34,573 nt of DNA from Pseudomonadota bacterium. Lineage in GTDB: Bacteria > Pseudomonadota > Gammaproteobacteria > Xanthomonadales > Rhodanobacteraceae. Below, piece after piece: positions 1-8,732 of this stretch. The stretch lies in NCBI GenBank assembly GCA_021787175.1, contig JAJYMF010000376.1, positions 1-34,573 of the forward strand, given 5' to 3'. The stretch's first letter is position 1. The number at the start of each line of letters is the position of its first letter. The translations under genes and the position numbers were made by a program. A model generated the notes under the pieces. It did not search any database. It saw only the letters and a list, made by a program, of their open reading frames with translations, and had not been told where the DNA came from.

Positions 1-1
1 G

Positions 2-2065
2 ACCGTGGCGGCCTACCAGAGCAGCAGCGGTCGCGGCGTGCAGCTGCTGGTGCGCGATCTCGAGGAGGAGCGCCGCGCCGAGAACGAACGCATCGAGCGC
101 GAGTCGTTCTTCCGCCTGTCCGCCGACGGCTTCTGCATCCTCGACGGCGAGCTGCGCATCCGCCAGGCCAACGCCGCGCTGGCGCGGCAGCTGGACTGCA
201 CGCCGGACGCCCTGAGCGGACGCGCGCTGGAGGACTTTGTCGAGACGCACGCCTGCGCCCACACCCGGGCCGCGCTGCAGGCGCTGGCGATCGGCGAAGC
301 CCTGATCGGCCGCGAGTGCGCCACCGCCAACGGCGCGCTGTGGCTGGAATGGAGCTTCGCGCGGGCGCGCGCCGACGCCTGGTTCGCGGTCGTGCGCGAC
401 ATCAGCCGCCAGCACCGCGCCGAGGTGCAGGCGCGTCTGCTGCAGCGCGCCGTCGAGGCGGCGCAGAACGGCATCCTGGTCACCGACGCGCGGCAGCCGG
501 ATCAGCCGCTGGTCTACGCCAACCCCGCGTTCAGCGCCATCACCGGCTATGCGCTGGACGAGGCGCTGGGCCGCAATTGCCGGTTCCTGCACGGCGACGA
601 TCGCGACCAGCCGGGGCTCGCCGCGCTGCGTGCGGCGCTGGTCGACGGCCGCGAGGCCAGCGTGGTGCTGCGCAACTATCGCCGTGACGGCAGCCTGTTC
701 TGGAACGAGCTGTTCGTGGCACCGGTACGCGACGACAGCGGACGGCTGACCCACTTCGTCGGCATACAGCAGGACATCACCGAGGCGCGACACAACGAGG
801 AGCGGCTGGCGTTCCAGGCGCTGCACGACGATCTCACCGGCCTGCCCAACCGCCGCTCCCTCCTGACGCGCCTGCGCGCGCTGCCGGCCGTTCCGGGCAT
901 CGCCCTGCTGCTGATCGACATTGACCAGTTCAAGCTGATCAACGACACGCTGGGCCACGCCTTCGGCGACGACGTGCTGCGCGCGCTGGCGGTGCGGCTG
1001 CGCGGGGCGCTGCCGGACAAGGCGCTGCTGGCGCGCTTCGGCGGCGACGAGTTCGTGATCGCCGTGCCGCGCGAGCAGGAGGCCTCGGTGCAGCAGACGC
1101 TGGCCGCGGTGCTGGTCGCCGTGCGCGAGCCGCTGGAGGTGCACGGCATGGTCCAGCACCTGACGCCCAGCATCGGCGTGGCGCTGGCGCCCGAGCACGG
1201 CCACGACCCCGAGACCCTGGTGCGCAATGCCGACGCCGCGATGTACGAGGCCAAGAAGCAGGGCCGCAACGCGATCATGTTCTATTCCGAACCGATGCAC
1301 GCAGCGGTGCGCACGCGCCTCGACGCGGTGTCGCGCCTGCGCAATGCCGATCTCGGCAACGAACTGGCGCTGCACTATCAGACCATGCACGACGGCCGCG
1401 ACGGCAGCATCTTCGGCGTCGAACTGCTGCTGCGCTGGCCGCACGGCCCGCAGGAGCTGCGCAGTCCCGACGCGCTGGTGCCGGTGCTGGAGGAAACCGG
1501 CCTGATCCTGCCGGTGGGCCGCTGGGTGCTGGACCAGGCCTGCCGCCGCCAGCGCATGCTGCAGGGACTGGGCGCGCAGGGCTGCCGCGTGGCGGTCAAC
1601 GTGTCGGCGCTGCAGATCGTGCACGGCACGCTGGTCGAGGACGTGCAGGCAGCGCTGGCGGCGCACGACGCCGACCCGGCGCTGCTCGAACTGGAACTGA
1701 CCGAGAGCGCGCTGATGGCCGATCCGCGCGCGGCCGAGCAGACCATGTGGCGGCTGAAACGGCTGGGCGTCAGCCTGGCAATCGACGACTTCGGCACCGG
1801 CTATTCCAGCCTCGCCTACCTCAAGCGCCTGCCGGTCGACAAGCTGAAGATCGACCGCTCGTTCGTGCGCGACGTGCTCGACGACGACGACGACGCGCTG
1901 ATCTGCGGCTCGATCATTTCGCTGGCGCACGGCCTCGGTCTGACCGTGGTCGCCGAGGGCGTCGAGACCGAAGCGCAGCGGCAGTGGCTGGCCACGCGCG
2001 GCTGCGACGCCATGCAGGGCTATCTGTTCACGCGGCCGCAGGCGTTCGCCGACGCCGTGGCGTGA
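2..2065 (+). CDS. PAS-LOV(PAS)-GGDEF-EAL diguanylate cyclase/phosphodiesterase, 5'-truncated by the window edge
   Basis: Frame is open to the window start. It has a PAS domain, a second PAS with GRNCRFLH...NYRRDGSLFWN...GIQQDIT, then HDDLTGLPNR, RFGGDEF, VELLLRW, DDFGTGYSSL, LKIDRSF, VAEGVET and MQGYLF. Confidence 0.93.
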   Translation, partial: TVAAYQSSSGRGVQLLVRDLEEERRAENERIERESFFRLSADGFCILDGELRIRQANAALARQLDCTPDALSGRALEDFVETHACAHTRAALQALAIGEALIGRECATANGALWLEWSFARARADAWFAVVRDISRQHRAEVQARLLQRAVEAAQNGILVTDARQPDQPLVYANPAFSAITGYALDEALGRNCRFLHGDDRDQPGLAALRAALVDGREASVVLRNYRRDGSLFWNELFVAPVRDDSGRLTHFVGIQQDITEARHNEERLAFQALHDDLTGLPNRRSLLTRLRALPAVPGIALLLIDIDQFKLINDTLGHAFGDDVLRALAVRLRGALPDKALLARFGGDEFVIAVPREQEASVQQTLAAVLVAVREPLEVHGMVQHLTPSIGVALAPEHGHDPETLVRNADAAMYEAKKQGRNAIMFYSEPMHAAVRTRLDAVSRLRNADLGNELALHYQTMHDGRDGSIFGVELLLRWPHGPQELRSPDALVPVLEETGLILPVGRWVLDQACRRQRMLQGLGAQGCRVAVNVSALQIVHGTLVEDVQAALAAHDADPALLELELTESALMADPRAAEQTMWRLKRLGVSLAIDDFGTGYSSLAYLKRLPVDKLKIDRSFVRDVLDDDDDALICGSIISLAHGLGLTVVAEGVETEAQRQWLATRGCDAMQGYLFTRPQAFADAVA

Positions 2066-2136
2066 ACGCCGGCGCAGGCATCGGCCGCGCGATCCCGTAC
2101 ACCATGATGGCCACACACGCCGCAGGAGCTGTGCCG

Positions 2137-2293
2137 CTCATGCCAGGTAGCGATCCGGATACGAAAACCGCATAGCCCGGACGCAGCGCAGCGGAATCCG
2201 GGAAGGGTGCTTCATCGAGCCCCGGATTCCTTCCGCCCCCATGGGGCTGCATCCGGGCTGCCCCGCATATCGATTGAACGCAACGGGGGCTCA
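2137..2293. repeat. ~155-bp REP-cored (GTAG-type) palindromic element, copy 1
   Basis: atagcccggacgcagcgcagcggaatccggg ... cccggattcc...atccgggctgc inverted pair, with flanks similar to copies at 8549 and 11555. Lies between convergent genes. Confidence 0.85.
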
Positions 2294-3646
2294 GTCGCCG
2301 GGTTCGGGATCGGCCTCGCCCTCGGGCAACGCCGCGTCGCCCAGCAGGGCCCGGCTGTCTTCCGGCAGCAGCGATTCGACCTCGCGCAGCTTGCGCTCGA
2401 TCGCGCGCGTGCGTCTGCCGGTGGCATCGATCTGGCCGCTGGCCTCGTCGAGCTTCTTCTTGACCTTGTCGAGCACGCCGCCGAACTTGCCGAACTCGGT
2501 CTTGACCGCGCCGAGCAGCTGCCAGACCTCGCCCGAGCGCTGCTGGATCGCCAGCGTGCGAAAGCCCATCTGCAGGCTGTTGAGCAGCGCGTTGAGCGTG
2601 GTCGGACCGGCGACGGTGACGCGATGTTCGCGCTGCAGCGCCTCGAACAGGCCGGGCCGGCGCAGCGCCTCGGCGTACAGGCCCTCGGTGGGCAGGAACA
2701 GGATCGCGAAGTCGGTGGTGTGCGGCGGCGCGATGTACTTGCCGCGGATGGCGCGCGCCTCGTCGCGCAGGCGCCGCTCGAGCGCCGTGGCCGCGGCGGC
2801 GACGCCCTCGGCGTCGGCGCGATCCTGGGCGTCGAGCAGGCGCTCGTAGTCCTCGCGCGGGAACTTGGCGTCGATCGGCAACCACACCGGTGCGTCGCTG
2901 GTGGCGCCCGGCAGACGGATCGCGAACTCGACGCGATCGCCGCCGCCGGGCACCGGCGCGAAGTTGCTGGCGTACTGCTCCGGCGTCAGCACCTGCTCCA
3001 GCAGCATGCCCAATTGCACCTCGCCGAAGATGCCGCGCGTCTTGACGTTGCCCAGCACGCGCTTGAGGTCGCCGACACCGGTGGCCAGGCTCTGCATCTC
3101 GCCGAGGCCCTTGTAGACCTTCTCCAGCTGGTCGGAGACCTGCCGGAACGACTGCCCCAGCCGTGCCTCCAGCGTCGACTGCAGCTTCTCGTCCACGGTC
3201 GCGCGCATCTGCTCGAGCCTGGCGGCGTTGTCGTGCTGGATCGCCGCCAGCTTCTCCTCCAGCGTCGCGCGCATCGCCGTCAGGCGCTGCTCGTTGGCGA
3301 CCGCCAGCGCGCCGAGGCGCTGTTCCAGCACGCCGCCGAACGCCTGCAGCGTCTGCGTGCCCTCTTCGCGCGTCTTGCGCGCGTCGTCGAGCAGCGCCTG
3401 GCGCAAGCCGTCGAGGCGCTGATCGGTGCGCTGGGTGAACTGGCTCAGCGCGCGGGTCTGCTCCTCGCGCGCGCCGCGCTGCTCCTCGCGCAGGGCGCGT
3501 TCGAGCCGCTCGCTGGCGGCCTGCAACGCCTCCAGTCGTACCGCCAGCGCGGGGTCGCCGCGGTCACGCGCGCGCAGCAGCAGCGCCAGCAGCCCCAGGG
3601 CGATGCCCAGCGCGATCAGGATCAGGACCAGCAGGAGCTCGGTCAT
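2291..3646 (-). CDS. rmuC: DNA recombination protein RmuC
   Basis: N-terminal TM anchor and coiled coil, then EQMRATVDEKLQSTLEARLG, KGLGEMQSLATGVGDLKRVLGNVKTRGIFGEVQL, LPIDAKFP and FLPTEGLYAE. ATG at 3646 chosen over GTG at 3661. Confidence 0.93.
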   Translation of the reverse strand: MTELLLVLILIALGIALGLLALLLRARDRGDPALAVRLEALQAASERLERALREEQRGAREEQTRALSQFTQRTDQRLDGLRQALLDDARKTREEGTQTLQAFGGVLEQRLGALAVANEQRLTAMRATLEEKLAAIQHDNAARLEQMRATVDEKLQSTLEARLGQSFRQVSDQLEKVYKGLGEMQSLATGVGDLKRVLGNVKTRGIFGEVQLGMLLEQVLTPEQYASNFAPVPGGGDRVEFAIRLPGATSDAPVWLPIDAKFPREDYERLLDAQDRADAEGVAAAATALERRLRDEARAIRGKYIAPPHTTDFAILFLPTEGLYAEALRRPGLFEALQREHRVTVAGPTTLNALLNSLQMGFRTLAIQQRSGEVWQLLGAVKTEFGKFGGVLDKVKKKLDEASGQIDATGRRTRAIERKLREVESLLPEDSRALLGDAALPEGEADPEPGD

Positions 3647-3719
3647 CGATAGCGGCGCCACAGACGATGCGCGCAGTGTAGCCGCGGGCGTCGCAGCGGC
3701 TGCGATACCGGAATGCCAT

Positions 3720-3754
3720 CAAAAGCGCGGCGGCTCGATCCCGGAGCCGCCGCG
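3720..3754 (-). terminator. Intrinsic terminator of the small secreted-protein gene
   Basis: 11-bp perfect stem cgcggcggctc/gagccgccgcg (3726-3754), followed on the minus strand by CTTTT. Confidence 0.7.
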
Positions 3755-3792
3755 GTCGCCGCGCGCCTAGGCGCACGCTTTTTCGGCAGCGA

Positions 3793-4140
3793 TCAGTGGC
3801 CGATGCGGTGGCTGTTGCCGTTGAGGCGCTTGTTGAGGTTGGCCTGCTGCCGCTTGGTGATGTAGCCGCCGTTCTTGCCGGCGAGGTACTGCTCGCGTCC
3901 GGCGATGCGCGCGTCGTTGGCACGCAGGCGATGCGCCTGGGCGTGGGTCAGCTCGCCTTCGCGCACCTGCCGGGTGATGCGGCGGTTCTGCAGCTGCGTG
4001 CGATCCAGCACCTGGTCGCGACGCGGGTGATGGTTCTCGAAGCGATGATCGCGGCCGTCGCCGGCCATGCTCGGGGCGGCAGCGGCCAGCGCGGTCAGGC
4101 CGATCAGCAGCAGGCTGGTGGTGCGGGGTGAAAGGCGCAT
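3793..4140 (-). CDS. Small secreted/periplasmic hypothetical protein (115 aa, rich in R/N/Q/H)
   Basis: Signal-peptide-like N-terminus, AGGAG RBS 9 nt upstream of ATG, own terminator, and biased codon usage. Confidence 0.8.
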   Translation of the reverse strand: MRLSPRTTSLLLIGLTALAAAAPSMAGDGRDHRFENHHPRRDQVLDRTQLQNRRITRQVREGELTHAQAHRLRANDARIAGREQYLAGKNGGYITKRQQANLNKRLNGNSHRIGH

Positions 4141-4185
4141 GGGAAGAACTCCTGGGTGAACCGGAAACCGTCCGGTGAGCAGAAA

Positions 4186-4211
4186 AACGCCCGGCGGCGC
4201 CGGCGGTTGAC
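4186..4211 (-). promoter_or_regulatory. Putative ECF sigma promoter (GTCAAC-N16-CGTT)
   Basis: The minus strand reads gtcaac-16 nt-cgttt about 45 nt upstream of the 4140 ATG, matching the general AAC/CGT pattern of ECF promoters. Confidence 0.4.
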
Positions 4212-4263
4212 CGCCGCATCGCGGCGGTCGCCGTGCGTTCAGGCGGGTCGCGTGCGCCCGGGC

Positions 4264-5430
4264 TCAGCGGACGGTGGCGAAAACCGCCTTCAGATAGCGG
4301 CTCTCCGGCACGTGCAGCTGGAACGGATGATCCGGACCCGCGCCACCGACGTGCAGCACGGTCAACTCGCGGCCGGCGGCGAAGGCGGCGCGGCGCAGGG
4401 TGTCGAGAAAGGTCGGCTCGTCGACCAGCCCGGTGCAGGAGCAGCTCAGGAACAGCCCGCCCGGCGCCACCACCTCGAGCGCCAGGCGGTTCATCGCGTG
4501 ATAGGTGCGCAGCGCCTGCGGCAGGCGCTCGCGGTCGCGGGTCAGCTTGGCCGGATCCAGCACCACCGCGTCCCAGCGCTCGCCGCGCGCGCGCGCCGCC
4601 TCCAGCCACGGGAACAGGTCGGCGGCCTCGAAGCGCACGTCGAGGCCGTTGAGCACGGCGTTGGCGCGCGCCAGTTCGAGGATGCCGGGATCGAGATCGA
4701 CGCCGGTCACCGCCTGCGCGCCGCCGGCCGCCGCGGCCAGCGCGAAGCCGCCGGAGTTGCAGCACAGGTCGAGCACGCGCACGCCGCGCGCCAGGCCGCC
4801 GAAGCGCTGCCGGTTGTCGCGCTGATCGACGAAGAAACCCGTCTTGTGGCGGCTGCCGGGGGTGACGTGGAAGCGCAGCCCGTGCTCGCGCACGATCACC
4901 GGCTCCGGCGCCGGCGGCGCGGCGCAGTCGAAGCTCTCCTGCTTCTGCACGTGCGCCTCGGCGTAGGCGTAGAGGCGGCAGCCGGGAAACAGCGCGCCCA
5001 GCGCGGCGTCGATGGCGTGGCGCAGCCGCCACATGCCGGCGGCGAAGTACTCGACCACCAGCAGGTCGGCGTAGCGGTCGACCACCAGCCCGGAGAGGCC
5101 GTCGCCCTCGCTGTGCACCACGCGCCAGGCGTCGCCGGCGGCATCGAGATGCAGCCGGTCGCGGCGCAGCGCGACGGCCGCGGCGATGCGGCGCGCGATC
5201 CAGCCGGCATCGATCGCCTCGGCGGGATCGCGCGTCAGCACGCGCAGGCCGATGCGCGCGTGGCCGTTCCAGAAGCCGCGCGCCAGAAAGGCGTCGCGGC
5301 CGTCGACCAGATCGACCACGGTGCCGGGCTTCAGCGGCGTCTCGCTGTGCAGCGCACGCCGGTACAGCCAAGGATGCGGCGACAGGCGCTCGGCGGCGAG
5401 ACGCACCTGCGGATACGGGGTGGCGGACAT
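4264..5430 (-). CDS. Class I SAM-dependent rRNA methyltransferase, RlmI-like (PUA + MTase)
   Basis: HPWLY, RVVHSEGDGLSGLVVDRY, HKTGFFVDQRDNR, VLDLCCNSGGF, VVLDP, SCSC, GPDHP and PESRYLK. ATG at 5430. Confidence 0.9.
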   Translation of the reverse strand: MSATPYPQVRLAAERLSPHPWLYRRALHSETPLKPGTVVDLVDGRDAFLARGFWNGHARIGLRVLTRDPAEAIDAGWIARRIAAAVALRRDRLHLDAAGDAWRVVHSEGDGLSGLVVDRYADLLVVEYFAAGMWRLRHAIDAALGALFPGCRLYAYAEAHVQKQESFDCAAPPAPEPVIVREHGLRFHVTPGSRHKTGFFVDQRDNRQRFGGLARGVRVLDLCCNSGGFALAAAAGGAQAVTGVDLDPGILELARANAVLNGLDVRFEAADLFPWLEAARARGERWDAVVLDPAKLTRDRERLPQALRTYHAMNRLALEVVAPGGLFLSCSCTGLVDEPTFLDTLRRAAFAAGRELTVLHVGGAGPDHPFQLHVPESRYLKAVFATVR

Positions 5431-5465
5431 CGGCCGATTGTAGGCGCGCGCCGCGCGCGGGCCGC

Positions 5466-5903
5466 TCAGCGCCGCGCCAGGCGCAGCAGCAGGAACGCGA
5501 TCACGGCGATGAAGTTGATGCCGAGAAACCAGCCATGGCCCTCGCCCAGGCGCAGCATCCACTCGGCGCTGGGCAGCCGGTAACCGAAGCTCCAGCCACT
5601 GCCGAGGCGCACGACCAGACCCGCGGTGGCGCCGACATTCCAGCCGTAGGTCACGAACGGCGTGGCCAGGATCGGAATCTGCGCCAGCTGCACCCACGAC
5701 GACCAGCGCCAGCCGCGCTCGTCGCCCTCGAGCAGCTTGACTCCGGCGGCCAGCGCCAGCGCGAACGCCAGCGCGCCGAGCAGCATCAGCGCGAACGCCA
5801 GCGGCGCGCGCAGCTCGAAGGCCCGCGCCGCATAGATGCACAGGCCGAACAGGCCGCCGGCGATTTCGAGGATGCCGATCAGGCGGGCGATCAGGGTTTT
5901 CAT
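5466..5903 (-). CDS. Hypothetical membrane protein (about 4 hydrophobic segments)
   Basis: 145-aa hydrophobic ORF that exactly fills the gap between srkA and the methyltransferase, on the same strand. Confidence 0.75.
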   Translation of the reverse strand: MKTLIARLIGILEIAGGLFGLCIYAARAFELRAPLAFALMLLGALAFALALAAGVKLLEGDERGWRWSSWVQLAQIPILATPFVTYGWNVGATAGLVVRLGSGWSFGYRLPSAEWMLRLGEGHGWFLGINFIAVIAFLLLRLARR

Positions 5904-5971
5904 GGCGGGTGTCCGGTGGCGGCGGGCGGGGCGAGGCCGCGATCATAGCCGCAGGCCAGTGCGATCGCCGC

Positions 5972-6925
5972 TCAATCCTCCAGCGCCTGCGCGGCGGCGG
6001 CGAGGTCGTCCAGATGCTCGTCCCACCAGCGCGCCTCGGCGGCGAACGGAAACGCCGCGGGAAAGGCCGGATCGTGCCAGCGCGCGGCAATCCAGCCGGC
6101 GTGGTGCACCTGGCGCATCGCGCGCAGCGCCGGCACCAGCGCCAGCTCGCGGCGGTCGAAGTCGCCGAACTCGGCATAACCCTCCAGCAGCAGCTCCATC
6201 GCGGTCGCGTCGTGGGCCAGCATCCACAGGTCCTGCACCGCCGGGCCCATGCGCGCATCGTCGAGATCGACGAAATGCGGACCGGCGTCGGTCCACAGTA
6301 CGTTCCCGGGATGGCAATCGCCGTGCAGGCGCAGATGGCGCAGCGGTCCCAGCGCGATCTCGCGCGCGGCGATCGCGGCGTCGAGGCGGGCGATCGCGGC
6401 ACGGTAGCGCTCGCGCCGATCCGCCGGCAGCAGGCCGGAGTCCAGCACCGCGCGCGCCGGCGCGGCGACCAGGGCGGCGCGATCGAGCACGCCGCGATGG
6501 CGAAACGGCGCGCGGCCGCCGACGCCGTGCAGACGCGCGATCAATCGGCCCATCCACCGCAGCGGATCGGCCGACTCCAGCTCCGGCGCCCGCCCGCCGC
6601 GGCGCGGGAACAGCGCGTAGCGGAAGCCGGCGTGGCGAAGCAGGGTGTGCCCGGCGAACGCCAGCGGCGCCACCACCGGCAGTTCGGCGGCGGCCAGCTC
6701 CAGCGTGAACGCATGCTCCTCGCCGATGGCGGCGTCGCTCCAGCGCGCCGGGCGGTAGAACTTGGCGACGATGAACGAGCCGTCCTCGAGGCCGACCTGG
6801 TAGACGCGGTTCTCGTAGCTGTTGAGCGCCAGCAGGCGGCCGTCCGGCGCCAGGCCGGCGGCGGCGATCGCATCGAGCACGCGCTCGGGATGCAGGCCCG
6901 CGTAGGGCTGCGCGGAATCGCTCAT
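5972..6925 (-). CDS. srkA: Stress response Ser/Thr kinase SrkA (RdoA/YihE)
   Basis: LALNSYENRVYQ, VAKFYRPARWS, EEHAF, LRLHGDCHPGNVLW and DLDDARMGPAVQDLWML. Confidence 0.93.
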   Translation of the reverse strand: MSDSAQPYAGLHPERVLDAIAAAGLAPDGRLLALNSYENRVYQVGLEDGSFIVAKFYRPARWSDAAIGEEHAFTLELAAAELPVVAPLAFAGHTLLRHAGFRYALFPRRGGRAPELESADPLRWMGRLIARLHGVGGRAPFRHRGVLDRAALVAAPARAVLDSGLLPADRRERYRAAIARLDAAIAAREIALGPLRHLRLHGDCHPGNVLWTDAGPHFVDLDDARMGPAVQDLWMLAHDATAMELLLEGYAEFGDFDRRELALVPALRAMRQVHHAGWIAARWHDPAFPAAFPFAAEARWWDEHLDDLAAAAQALED

Positions 6926-6938
6926 GCGGCGCCGCCGG

Positions 6939-7379
6939 TCATGGGCCGGCGGCGGGCGTCTGCGGGACGATCGCGCAGGTCAGCCGCGACACGCACACCA
7001 GCCGGCCGGGGGCGTCCACGATGCGGATCTCCCACACCTGCGTGCTGCGGCCGACGTGCAGCGGCCGCGCGGTGCCGGTCACCGTGCCGTCGCGCACCGC
7101 GCGCAGATGATTGGCGTTGATCTCCAGCCCCACCGCGACCTCGCGCCCCGGTGTGCAGCACAGGTTGGCCGCGAGGCTGCCCAGCGTTTCGGCCAGCGCC
7201 ACCGAGGCGCCGCCGTGCAGCAGGCCGAAGGGCTGGTGCGTGCGCGCATCCACCGGCAGCGTGCCCTGCACGAAATCGTCGAGATCGGAAGTGATGCGGA
7301 TGCCCAGCGGCACGGCCAGGGTGTTGGCGTTCCAGGCGTTGACGCGGTCGAGATCCGTGTCCTGCTTCCACATCGGCAT
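6939..7379 (-). CDS. Hotdog-fold thioesterase (YdiI/MenI/EntH-like)
   Basis: PVDARTHQPFGLLHGGASVALAETLGS, VGLEINANHLR and HVGRSTQVW. Start is 7379 or 7373. Confidence 0.9.
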   Translation of the reverse strand: MPMWKQDTDLDRVNAWNANTLAVPLGIRITSDLDDFVQGTLPVDARTHQPFGLLHGGASVALAETLGSLAANLCCTPGREVAVGLEINANHLRAVRDGTVTGTARPLHVGRSTQVWEIRIVDAPGRLVCVSRLTCAIVPQTPAAGP

Positions 7380-7467
7380 GGCGGCGTTCCGCGAGGGTCG
7401 AGACTCCATTATGAGCGCCGTACCGCGACGCTGTCGGCCGGCGCGCCGCATCGGCGACAATGCGCCG

Positions 7468-8538
7468 GTGCCGCCACCTGCCCCCACCATCCGCACGGTC
7501 ACTCTCGACGCCAGCGGCAAGCGCTTTCCGGTCCGGCCCGGCGAGACCGTGCTGGCCGCGGCGCAGCGCGCCGGACTGGCGCTGCCGTATTCGTGCCGCG
7601 CCGGCGTCTGCGGCAGCTGCAAGGCGACCCTGCTGGCCGGCGTCGTGCATTACCCGCACCGCCCGCCGGCCGCGCTCAGCGCCGACGAGCAGGCGCATCA
7701 CGCGATGCTGATCTGCCAGGCGGTGCCGCGCAGCGACCTGCGGATCGCCGCGCGCGAGGTGATCTCGGCCGAGGATCTGCCGCGGCGGCGGCTGACCGCG
7801 GTCGTCAGCGCCAAGACACCGCTGGCGCCGGACGTGATCGCGCTGCGGCTGGCGATCGCGCACGCGCCCCCGCTGCGCTGGCTGGCGGGACAGTACGTCG
7901 ACGTGCTGCTCGCCGACGGCGGCCGTCGCGCGTTTTCGATCGCGCATGCGCCGCACCGCGGGCCCGAACTCGAACTGCACCTGCGCCGCGTCGCCGGCGG
8001 CGGTTTCACGTCCTACGCCTTCGACACCCTTGCGCCGGGGATGACGCTGCAGCTGGAAGGCCCGCTGGGCACCTTCGTGCCGCGTGAGGACTCCGAGCGC
8101 CCGCTGCTGTTCGTCGCCGGCGGCACCGGCTTCGCGCCGGTGAAGGCGCTGATCGAGCATTTTTTGCACCTGGGCACGCGCCGGCCGATCGCGCTGTACT
8201 GGGGCGCGCGCAGCGTCGAGGAGCTGTATCTGCGCGAACTGCCGGCGCAGTGGGCCGCCGCACACCCCGGCCTGCGCTTCGTGCCGGTGCTGTCGGCCGC
8301 TGCCGATGCGCACGGCCTGCGCACCGGCCTGGTGCACGAGGCGGTGCTGGCCGACCTGCAGGACCTTGCCGAGATGGACGTCTATATGGCCGGACCGCCG
8401 GCGCTGATCGAAGCCGCGCGCCGCGCCTTCACCGCCGCCGGCCTGCCCGAATCACAGTTGTTCTACGACTCGTTCGAGTACGCGCCCGAGGTGCTCGACC
8501 GCATCCTGCGCGGGCGCGCCGGCATCCACGGCCTGTGA
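7468..8538 (+). CDS. 2Fe-2S ferredoxin/FAD-NAD(P) oxidoreductase (CDP-6-deoxy-delta-3,4-glucoseen reductase-like)
   Basis: YSCRAGVCGSC...LICQA 2Fe-2S motif, RAFSIA, GPLG and VAGGTGFAP. GTG start inferred; an in-frame ATG exists at 7411. Confidence 0.88.
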   Translation: MPPPAPTIRTVTLDASGKRFPVRPGETVLAAAQRAGLALPYSCRAGVCGSCKATLLAGVVHYPHRPPAALSADEQAHHAMLICQAVPRSDLRIAAREVISAEDLPRRRLTAVVSAKTPLAPDVIALRLAIAHAPPLRWLAGQYVDVLLADGGRRAFSIAHAPHRGPELELHLRRVAGGGFTSYAFDTLAPGMTLQLEGPLGTFVPREDSERPLLFVAGGTGFAPVKALIEHFLHLGTRRPIALYWGARSVEELYLRELPAQWAAAHPGLRFVPVLSAAADAHGLRTGLVHEAVLADLQDLAEMDVYMAGPPALIEAARRAFTAAGLPESQLFYDSFEYAPEVLDRILRGRAGIHGL

Positions 8539-8548
8539 TCGGCGCCCT

Positions 8549-8701
8549 CTGATACCCGTTCGCGATCAAGACACGAAAACCGCATGCCCGGACGCAGCGC
8601 AGCGGAATCCGGGAATGAGGCTGCATCAAGCCCCGGATTCCGCCACCGGTGGGGCCTCATCCGGGCTATCCATCGTATCGATGGAACGCAACTGGGCATG
8701 A
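8549..8701. repeat. ~155-bp REP-cored palindromic element, copy 2
   Basis: gcccggacgcagcgcagcggaatccggg ... ccccggattccg...atccgggctat, with flanks shared with copies 1 and 3. Confidence 0.85.
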
Positions 8702-8732
8702 CCAGTCCACGATGGACTCGTTCAGAGGTTCC

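Noticed and set aside
2066-2175. AGGAG followed by a tiny ORF MPGSDPDTKTA (2140-2175)
   Set aside because: It is only 11 codons with long RBS spacing and lies in the head of repeat copy 1. The ORF is not preserved in copy 2.
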